Below, piece after piece: positions 1 to 6,670 of a stretch of DNA of 8,713 bases. Origin of the DNA: Octopus sinensis. Its lineage: Eukaryota. The stretch covers positions 1 through 8,713 of the forward strand of contig NW_021828368.1 in assembly GCF_006345805.1 (NCBI RefSeq). Direction: 5' to 3'. Every line of letters begins with the position of its first letter. Within the stretch, counting starts at the first letter, position 1. A model generated the notes under the pieces. It made no database searches. It was not told the origin of the DNA and saw only the letters and a list, made by a program, of their open reading frames with translations. The position numbers were made by a program, and so were the translations under genes.

Positions 1-257
1 TCAGTGTCATTTGCCGAACCGCTAAGTTACGGGAATGTAACCAGCATCGGTTGTCAAGCGTTGTTGGGGGACAAACACAGGCACACAAACATATACACAC
101 ACATACATATATACATATATACGACGGGCTTCTTTCAGTTTCTGTCTACTAAATCCACTCACAAGGTTTTTGTTCTTCCCGAGTCTATAGTAGAAAACCC
201 CAAGGTACCACGCAGTGGGATTGAACCTCGGAACAATGTGGTTCGTAAGCAAGCTAC
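1..257 (-). mobile_element. tRNA-derived SINE, family A, head-truncated; probably continues beyond the window start
   Basis: Aligns by eye with the copy at 6436-6874 (shared TTGTCAAGCG..GGGGGACAAAC, CA/TA tract, ACGACGGGCTTCTT..CAGTTT..GTCTAC, TGAACC..GGAAC..TGTGGTT.GTAAGCAAGCTA). Minus-strand B box GGTTCAATCC at 218-227. A box lost, because homology stops at ~257. Confidence 0.85.
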
Positions 258-263
258 GTACTG

Positions 264-442
264 TTTTTTTTATATATAAATTAAGTACCAGTTATGCGCT
301 GGGGTCGACATAATCGACTTGATCCCTTTGCTGTCCTTGTTTGTCGCCTCTATGTTTAGCCCCTTGTGGACAATAAAGAAATAAGAAATATAGTCACAAA
401 GAGGTCAATATCCGCAGAAGCAAAAATCACAAATTAAAGGGG
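264..442 (+). repeat. Left arm of ~180-bp inverted duplication (partner 1639-1800)
   Basis: The reverse complement of 1639-1800 matches this segment: T-run, SINE B 3' half and ~50 bp of non-SINE flank (TATAGTCACA..TCCGCAGAA.CAAAAATCACAAATTAAAGGGG). Confidence 0.85.
277..388 (+). mobile_element. tRNA-derived SINE family B, 3' half only
   Basis: TAAATTAAGTACCAGTT..CTGGGGTCGA..TAATCGACTT..TTTAGCCCCTTGTGG..AATAAAGAAATA matches the 3' halves of the copies at 623-849 and 5953-6190. Confidence 0.85.
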
Positions 443-527
443 ACATTACGCATTTAATGTGGCTCTGTATCGTTTCTTTAATACATTCAACTTGCTTTAC
501 TGGAAATAAAAGACAATCCTCTCTCAA

Positions 528-622
528 ACATGCACGCATATATACACACACACGCAGGCGAGCTCACACACGAACGCACACGCGCATTACGCACGCACTT
601 ACACATACACACATACACATAC
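528..622. repeat. Imperfect (CA)n/(CACG)n microsatellite
   Basis: Directly visible. Confidence 0.85.
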
Positions 623-849
623 TATTTCTTTATTACCCACAAGGGGCTAAACACAGAGAGGACAAACAAGGACAGACAAACAGATTAAGTCGATTATATC
701 GACCCCAGTGCGTAACTTATTTAATCGACCCCGAAAGGATGAAAGGCAAAGTCGACCTCGGCGGAATTTGAACTCAGAACATAACGGCAGATGAAATACG
801 GCAACGCATTTCGCCCGGCGTGCTAACATTTCTGCCAGCTCGCCGCCTT
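623..849 (-). mobile_element. Full-length SINE family B with 16-bp target-site duplication
   Basis: The minus strand reads GGCGGCGAGCTGGCAGAAATG (A-box-like) ... GAGTTCAAATTCC (B box) ... core ... AATAAAGAAATA tail. It is flanked by exact ACACACATACACATAC at 607-622 and 850-865, and has a small internal deletion near 717. Confidence 0.9.
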
Positions 850-1161
850 ACACACATACACATACAAGCACACTCCGTTACTCGTTGGACAAGCCAATCC
901 TAGATATGAATATGAATAAAAGCAGCATGGTCACGCTGAAATGCTGCTAATTACAACTCTGCTCGATGAGAGCAAACCTGGAGCTGAAAAAGGGCAACAA
1001 AGTTAATAACGACTTTATACTATTTCCAACATGGGCACACAAAGGTATAAATGTGATGGATTGAATAGAGAAAATCGACTAATTTAAAATCCAAAAAGTA
1101 ACTGGTATTCATTTCAATGTCGTGGGTTGGGGGTTGAAATGAGAATACAAATACTTAATTA

Positions 1162-1433
1162 CCGTATTTTAACGTGAATAAGGAAACCATTTTGTCAAAA
1201 ATTAGGTTTAAAAAATATGAGAGTTTCTTATACATAGATCGCGTTATAATCCCTTGCAAAACCTTTTTTCCAAATTTTAAGCCCAAAAAAATTAGGGGGT
1301 TCCTTAAACAAGTTAAAATACAGTAGATTTACCCCTAAAATATATCAAACTGTTATAATCCCTTGCAAAACCTTTTTTTCTAAATTTTAAACCCAAAAAA
1401 ATTAGGGGGTTCTTTAAACACGTTAAAATACGG
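1162..1433. mobile_element. Non-autonomous Tc1/mariner-superfamily MITE (Tc2/pogo-like CCGTATTT termini), TA-flanked, right end duplicated
   Basis: TACCGTATTTTAACGTG (1160-1176) is the exact reverse complement of CACGTTAAAATACGGTA (1419-1435), and the match extends imperfectly to ~27 bp. A second, diverged right TIR (CAAGTTAAAATACAG+TA) ends at 1323. The Tc2/pogo assignment is from recalled terminal motifs. Confidence 0.75.
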
Positions 1434-1532
1434 TAGATTTACCCCTAAAATATATCAAACTGTTATAATCCCTTGCAAAACCATTTTTCCAAATTTTAAG
1501 CCCCAAAAATTACCCCTAAAATATATCAAACT
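1243..1532. repeat. Tandem repeat, 109-110-bp unit, two full copies plus an internally deleted third
   Basis: Units start GTTATAATCCCTTGCAAAACC at 1243, 1352 and 1462. The third unit lacks the TIR-containing middle. Confidence 0.95.
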
Positions 1533-1638
1533 CGCCACGTTGATATTCCCGCCCCTCAAATGCTCTGATATAATGACTTCAATAATGCTCTGAAACAATG
1601 GCTTCAAACTTTGGCAGAGAGTCAGTAATTTTGTGAAG

Positions 1639-1800
1639 CCCCTTTAATTTGTGATTTTTGTTTCTGCGGATGTGACTATATTTCTTATTTCTTTATTGCC
1701 CACAAGGAACTAAACATAGAGGGGACAAACAAGAACAGCAAAGGGATTAAGTCGATTACGTCGACCCCAGTGCGTAACTGGTACTTAATTTATAAAAAAA
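1639..1800 (-). repeat. Right arm of inverted duplication (partner 264-442)
   Basis: Reverse complement matches 264-442. I count 9 substitutions over ~120 bp, plus a 12-bp indel in the flank. Confidence 0.85.
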
Positions 1801-1954
1801 GATTGTGGTCAGATGATACTTATTTTATTGACCTCGAAATGATGAAAGGGAAAGTCTACCTCGGTGGCATTTGAACTGAGAACGTAAAGATCCGGAAGGA
1901 ATGCCGCTAAGCATTTTGTCCGGTGCGGTATAGGTTCTGCCAGCAGGCCGCCTT
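1681..1954 (-). mobile_element. SINE family B, full-length but interrupted by a 24-bp insert (1793-1816)
   Basis: The head on the minus strand (CTGGCAGAACC A-box-like, CAGTTCAAATGCC B-box-like) is at ~1830-1954. The tail is at 1681-1792. Confidence 0.85.
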
Positions 1955-2154
1955 TGACGTAATGAAAAAGAGAAATGTTAGCAAACAGAGAGAGGAGGGG
2001 GAGGGCAGATTGTAAATAAATCAAATTGTGACGTCCTTTGATCTTGACCTATCAATGGCGGTTGGTGAAGATTCTTTATAAACGAGATTCATTAAATACA
2101 TTCAAAGCAATCTTCCTAAGCTTTATTTTGAAAATCATTTCCTCTGAATGTGAC

Positions 2155-2253
2155 CTCTCTTTCTCTCTCTCTCACCCTCTCTTTCCCTCTATCTCTTTCT
2201 CTCCATCTATTTCTCTCTTTGTTTCTCTCCGCCCACCTCTCTTCCTTTCTCTC
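2155..2253. repeat. CT-rich low-complexity/(CT)n tract
   Basis: Directly visible. Confidence 0.85.
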
Positions 2254-2369
2254 GTTTTCTGGTAGGAAAGAGAAAACACTTGTTTTAACTATCATCACTA
2301 TTTTTTACGACTGTTTTTCTTTTATATTTTTATTCAGTATATAGTTTTTTCCCTTCTATAAATTACTAT

Positions 2370-2460
2370 ACACACGCACATACACGCACACACACACACA
2401 CACACACACATACACGCCACGCGCGCGCGCAAGCACACACACACACAGTCACGCACACAT
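2370..2460. repeat. (CA)n microsatellite with a (CG)n interruption
   Basis: Directly visible. Confidence 0.9.
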
Positions 2461-2542
2461 ATGAGAACGATAATATTTTTTTAAATATCATCGTTGATGG
2501 CTGCGAGTATAAGCCGTTGTACAAATTAATAAAATATATACA

Positions 2543-2544
<2 letters not shown>

Positions 2545-2573
<29 letters not shown>
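2545..2573. repeat. (TA)n microsatellite
   Basis: Directly visible. Confidence 0.95.
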
Positions 2574-2575
<2 letters not shown>

Positions 2576-2672
2576 AGGGTACTACATAAGCACCTGCATC
2601 ACTAAAAATAGAAGTCAAAATACTTCTAAGTCACGGAAGAATCACAAAATTAAAAATACACAAATATATAAA

Positions 2673-3277
2673 CAGTGCGTTGGGTAAATTTTCACCATTT
2701 TGTATTTTTTATTTCACGCATGCGCATTCATTGTTTGGTTTTGATTTTGTCGATCATACAGTATGGTAGGGTCAGTTTGGCACCGTCTATGAGAAGAACA
2801 GCACCATGACGCAATTCGCTCAGCTAGAAATTTGAAAACGATATGCTGTACTGATTGGCATTTTCACCGGAAGCGTCAATGTGAACAGATAACGAACACT
2901 CAGAACAACCGTTGGCTTGCTGTGTCCCAAAACATGTACCGAGAGTGATAAAAATCAAACATCCAGTCAACATCATGGTGTTTGGAGTGACCACTAGTGA
3001 CGGCGACGTGATGCCTCCATTTATCTTCCCACATGGCCTCACGCTCAACACGGAGGCCTACATCAAGTGCCTGGAGGATGTAATGCTGCCCTGGGTCAAC
3101 AGGGTGGCTGCTGGAAGACTATGTCTGGCAACAGGACTCTGCACCATGCCACACAAGCAGGAGAACCCAGTCATGGCTTTCAGACAATTTCTGCGACCAC
3201 ATCTCACCCCTAACATCTGGGCACCTAACTTCCCAGACCGCAACCTCCTTGATTATTATGTGTGAGGCACAGTTTAG
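2673..3277 (+). mobile_element. Tc1/mariner DNA transposon remnant, DD37D (maT-like), internally deleted and 3'-truncated
   Basis: Contains the transposase pseudogene below. The left boundary is approximate (CAGTG.. start). No matching right TIR was found in the window. Confidence 0.8.
2806..3265 (+). pseudogene. DD37D transposase pseudogene
   Basis: Joined frames give NTQNNRWLAVS / HVPRVIKIKHPVNIMVFGVTTSDGDVMPPFIFPHGLTLNTEAYIKCLEDVMLPWVNRVAAGR / YVWQQDSAPCHTSRRTQSWLSDNFCDHI / TPNIWAPNFPDRNLLDYYV*. Catalytic D2 is GAC 3135-3137 and D3 is GAT 3251-3253, with 37 residues between once the 2-nt insertion at 3204-3205 is discounted. There is a putative start ATG at 2806 and a premature TGA at 2833. 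The first catalytic D and the HTH region are absent. Confidence 0.88.
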
Positions 3278-3281
3278 GACT

Positions 3282-3393
3282 CAGTTTCATACACCTACAG
3301 GTTTCACGAGCAATGCCATTTTTACCTGTAGAGTTACCAGTTTCATACACCTACAGGTTTCACGAGCAATGCCATTTTTACCTGTAGAGTTAC
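3282..3393. repeat. Perfect 56-bp tandem duplication (3282-3337, 3338-3393)
   Basis: Two identical copies of CAGTTTCATACACCTACAGGTTTCACGAGCAATGCCATTTTTACCTGTAGAGTTAC. Confidence 0.97.
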
Positions 3394-4394
3394 CAAACTG
3401 CCAAATATTATTTATTTAATTGTAGCTTGAACTAACTACATGAGATTTATATTTATATGCAAATTGGACCGTTTCAGGTCAAATTATCTTTGTCGAACTG
3501 TTGCAGATATATCTCTGGTAATTAAAGAGTCAGTATCCAAAGCAGTCTCAAAGTATTTCTTCCATCTTTGTAAAATCTCATTTTTTCATTCAGCAGTTTT
3601 ATAAAATTTGTATTGGAAACGGGGCGCGAACCACAGATTCATGATCCATAAACGCTTTTCATAGAATGTTTTAATTCCTTCCTATCTATATATGTTGGAT
3701 CCTATTTCTTTTCTGCTTCCATCAAATATCTCTCGTATCTTTAAAGACTTGTGTATCGATCTCCTTAGCTCAAGGTAAGTCTTTTCTCTCGCTTGGAATT
3801 TTTCTCAGATATCCACTTCTCGTGTGCTGTCTGCAAACTTTCTAAGAGAAAATTAATTTCAAGGTTTCTCTTCTCAAATGAATGCCAATGCTTAAGATGG
3901 AGAAATCAAGCATTTCAAAGGAAGCAAAGTATGTTGCTTATTTGAGGTACCTCTCAAATTCTTCAACATTTATTATAAATATTCACAATTCAGACTTACA
4001 ACTAATTTATCTCGGAGCTCTGGAATCGTTAACTTCAGCCTTGAGAGACTTGACAATTATACATCTAGAAGCTTTGATATCCTAATATCGTTGTTTTGTT
4101 AAATTCAGAAAGATACTTTACCTCATAACACAGAGCGCTTCGACTGTCAACAAACGGTATGAGATTAACGAACGGAAAGAACGTAATTTTGTTTAATTTA
4201 TTGATGTTTGTATAATCAACGTGTTGCATAACCATTATTTATAATCACCAGTTTGTACATTTACGAGATTAGGCAATCAACAGATTGTATAAATCCGATT
4301 ACATAATCGTTCTGGTGATTATGCAGTTAATTAAATGCTGGTCCTTTGAGTTAGGATACATCCAAGTTATTTCATCGTTATTTAGTTGCTAGAA
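3282..4394 (-). mobile_element. Decayed RTE-clade LINE ORF: endonuclease C-terminus, linker and start of RT domain 0
   Basis: Minus-strand peptides in colinear order: ITWMYPNSKDQHLINCIITR (4370-4311; cf. RTE TWMHPRSKHWHLIDY), NVEEFERYLK*ATYFASFEML, LEINFLLESLQTAHEKWISEKNSKREK (3863-3783), KSVYGS, EILQRWKKYFETAL (3579-3538; cf. ILxRWxEHF) and NSTGKNGIARE (3391-3359; cf. KAPGxDGIPxE). Many stops and frameshifts. Family motifs are recalled, not searched. Confidence 0.8.
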
Positions 4395-4789
4395 GTGGAG
4401 GCGCAATGTCCCAGTGGTTAGGGCAGCGGACTCGCGGTCATAGGATCGCGGTTTCGATTCCCAGACCGGGCGTTGTGAGTGTTTATTGAGCGAAAACACC
4501 TAAAAGCTCCACGAGGCTCCGGCAGGGGATGGTGGTGATCCCTGCTGTACTCTTTCACCACAACTTTCTCTCTCACTCTTACTTCCTGTTTCTGTTGTAC
4601 CTGTATTTCAAAGGGCCGGCCTTGTCACTCTCTTGTGTCACGCTGAATATCCCCGAGAACTACGTTAAGGGTACACTTGTCTGTGGAGTGCTCAGCCACT
4701 TACACGTTAATTTCACGAGCAGGCTGTTCCGTTGATTCGGATCAACCGGAACCCTCGTCGTCGTAACCGACGGAGTGCTTCCAAAAGAA
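4395..4789 (+). mobile_element. Full-length tRNA-derived SINE family C (tRNA-Arg-like head) with 11-bp TSD
   Basis: A-box-like TGTCCCAGTGG (4407-4417) and B-box-like GGTTTCGATTCC (4450-4461). Exact AGTTGCTAGAA at 4384-4394 and 4790-4800. It may correspond to the tRNA-Arg-related 'OR' SINEs described from octopus (recall, unverified). Confidence 0.9.
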
Positions 4790-4980
4790 AGTTGCTAGAA
4801 CTGTTTGCTTGTGACAGAGAGGCAAAATTCATAGCAAAATGACAACCGACGTAGGTCAATGGCAATCGTTTTTAATTCACTGCGCTTTAACATTTGCGCC
4901 AGGCCAAGTATCAGAATCACAAAGCAGTAGGATCTAATTCTTACGAGAGACTTTTAAGATGGCTGAATGTAAATTCTGTT
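4790..4980 (-). mobile_element. Continuation of the RTE LINE endonuclease upstream of the SINE insertion
   Basis: Minus strand gives NLHSAILKVSRKN*ILLLCDSDTWPG (DSDTWPG at 4918-4898) and LRRLSFCYEFCLSVTSKQF*Q, which runs in frame into LNNDEITWMYP after removing the SINE and one TSD copy. Confidence 0.75.
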
Positions 4981-5115
4981 GTGTCTGAGGAGAGTCATTT
5001 CTTTTTTTGTGCCTTATGATTTAACACACTCACCGGTAAGATTTCCACTTATTCCTTATTTTTATTTTCCTAAAATTTTCGTTGCTTCTTGCAACCTTTT
5101 CAATAGTTTTGACTC
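4981..5115 (+). mobile_element. Possible Penelope-like terminal-repeat fragment with partial hammerhead motif
   Basis: CTGAGGA (4985-4991) is followed by GAGTCA (4992-4997), which is complementary to TGACTC (5110-5115). No GAAA follows. It sits where RTE homology ends. Confidence 0.3.
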
Positions 5116-5152
5116 TGTCCATTATTAACACTACATTCCTTTTTGTTTGTTT

Positions 5153-5384
5153 GTGCGCATGTGTGTGGGTCAGTGTGTGTGTGTGTGGTGTGTGTGGGTA
5201 CCTATGCATGCATGCATGTACGTATGTATGTGTGTATGTATGTATGTATGTATGTATGCATGCATGTGTGTATGTATATATGTATGTATATGCATATATA
5301 TATATGTATGTGTGTGCATCTGTATGTATATGTGTGTGTGGGCGTGTGTTTGTATATGTATGCACCTCTATCTCCTTGTGTGTG

Positions 5385-5425
<41 letters not shown>

Positions 5426-5438
5426 TGTGTGTGTGTGT
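5153..5438. repeat. Compound (GT)n/(TATG)n/(TA)n microsatellite
   Basis: Directly visible. Confidence 0.95.
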
Positions 5439-5489
5439 TTTGTAGCTATGTATGTAAATTGCCATAGTCATTATACGACAGAATCGAAA

Positions 5490-5680
5490 TATAGAAGTTT
5501 ACTAAATATGCTGAGTTCTCTTTCCTTTCGATCTAAATTTGATGTCACGGTGCGATAAAATTGACCTTGGTCAAGTTATAAGGGATCTTCTATCAATGGT
5601 AGTTTTCATTTGTGCATGATCACACACGTGTGTGTATATCTCCCCGGATATCTTCCCACCTATAAAAGAATTGCAACGAA
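5490..5680 (-). mobile_element. Possible N-terminal piece of the same RTE endonuclease
   Basis: Minus-strand FFY/GKISGEIYTHVCDHAQMKTTIDRRSLIT*PRSILSHR weakly resembles the RTE EN segment FFWSGK..GE.R.HGVGFAIKT..P.GI..R. Position and strand fit, but similarity is weak. Confidence 0.3.
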
Positions 5681-5952
5681 GTAGTTCTTCATAGATATAT
5701 CCGAGCTATCATCACGAAAGACTGCTTGGATCCTCTTTTTAATCTGTGATATTAGAGTATGAATTTCCAGGATATCTCTCTATCAAAGAAGAACAATTAT
5801 TAACTCTTACTTTCCCGATTTTCCTGTTTTCTGCCTCAACATATCTATTATACACACTTTTATACAAATTACACTGTGTAACAAATTTTTCTCTTTTTTT
5901 TTTTTTGTCTTTTATCAGTTGAGCATGTCCCAGAGTGGATGATAATATGTGT

Positions 5953-6333
5953 AAGGGCGACGAGCTGGCAGAAACATTAGTACGCCGGGAAAAAATGCTT
6001 AGCGGTATTTCGTCTGCCGCTACGTTGTGAGTTCAAATTCCGCCGATGTCGACTTTGCCTTTCATCCTTTCGGGGTCAATTAAATAAGTACCAGTTACGC
6101 ACTGGGGTCGATATAATCGACTTAATCCGTTTGTCTGTCCTTGTTTCTTCTCTCTGTGTTTAGCCCCTTGTGAGTAGTAAAGAAATAGGTATTTCGTTTG
6201 CTGTTACGTTCTGAGTTCAAATTCCACCGAGGTCGACTTTGCCTTTCATTATTTCGGGGGTCGATTAAATAAGTACCAGTTACGCACTGGGGCCGATGTA
6301 ACCGACTTAATCCCTTTGTCTGTCCTTGTTTGT
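5953..6333 (+). mobile_element. SINE family B head-to-tail dimer (full copy 5953-6190 plus headless partial copy 6188-6333)
   Basis: A-box-like TGGCAGAAACA (5966-5976) and B box GAGTTCAAATTCC (6029-6041). The second unit restarts at GGTATTTCGT 6188-6197, which also occurs at 6004-6013 (period 184 bp). Confidence 0.9.
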
Positions 6334-6474
6334 TTTATCCACCTTATAGTGGATAAGCATTATTTGTGAGTTAACAAAGCTACCAACAGTTTCATGCGAT
6401 CTATATGTGCGTCTGTTTGTGAATATATCCATATATTGTCAAGCGATGGTGGGGGGACAAACGCCGACACAAAC

Positions 6475-6522
<48 letters not shown>

Positions 6523-6533
6523 TATATATATAT

Positions 6534-6670
6534 GACATAAGTCCTTGTTTTTCCTGATGAGAAGGCGGCATAATGCACCCCTTATTCCTTCGAAATTAGG
6601 AATATGCAGCCTTCGAAACATATGTCGAGAATAAGGAATTTTGTTAATTCGTCGTTCAACTCCGTTCTCA

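Noticed and set aside
921-948. Short perfect hairpins (921-948, 2466-2495, 7699-7717, 7732-7752)
   Set aside because: Stems of 7-8 bp, or AT-rich 13 bp with a mismatch, are expected by chance in 8.7 kb, and there is no supporting context.
961-990. Hammerhead-like CTCGATGAGAGC..GCTGAAA
   Set aside because: The core has an extra base, stem II lacks its closing pair, and no stem III, UH site or stem I could be built.
1015-1125. Possible very degenerate SINE B-related fragment on the minus strand (AATCGACT, GTAACTGGTATTCATTT)
   Set aside because: Only two short motif matches, too weak to call without alignment.
1292-1338. Facing TTAGGG/CCCTAA telomere-like hexamers in each tandem unit
   Set aside because: Single hexamers that are part of the MITE end and flank, with no telomeric array.
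1559-1608. 25-bp imperfect tandem duplication (21/25 identical)
   Set aside because: Real but minor, and typical of old slippage.
3882-4085. 67-aa plus-strand ORF (also 4529-4735)
   Set aside because: The first is antisense to the decayed RTE ORF and the second lies within SINE C. Neither has a recognisable motif.
4397-4470. tRNA gene
   Set aside because: It has A- and B-box-like motifs but no complete cloverleaf. It continues into a SINE body bounded by a TSD. The same applies to the other SINE heads.
5030-5558. Overlapping Cys/Val- and His/Thr-rich ORFs (also 6977-7532)
   Set aside because: Artefacts of GT/CA/TA microsatellites.
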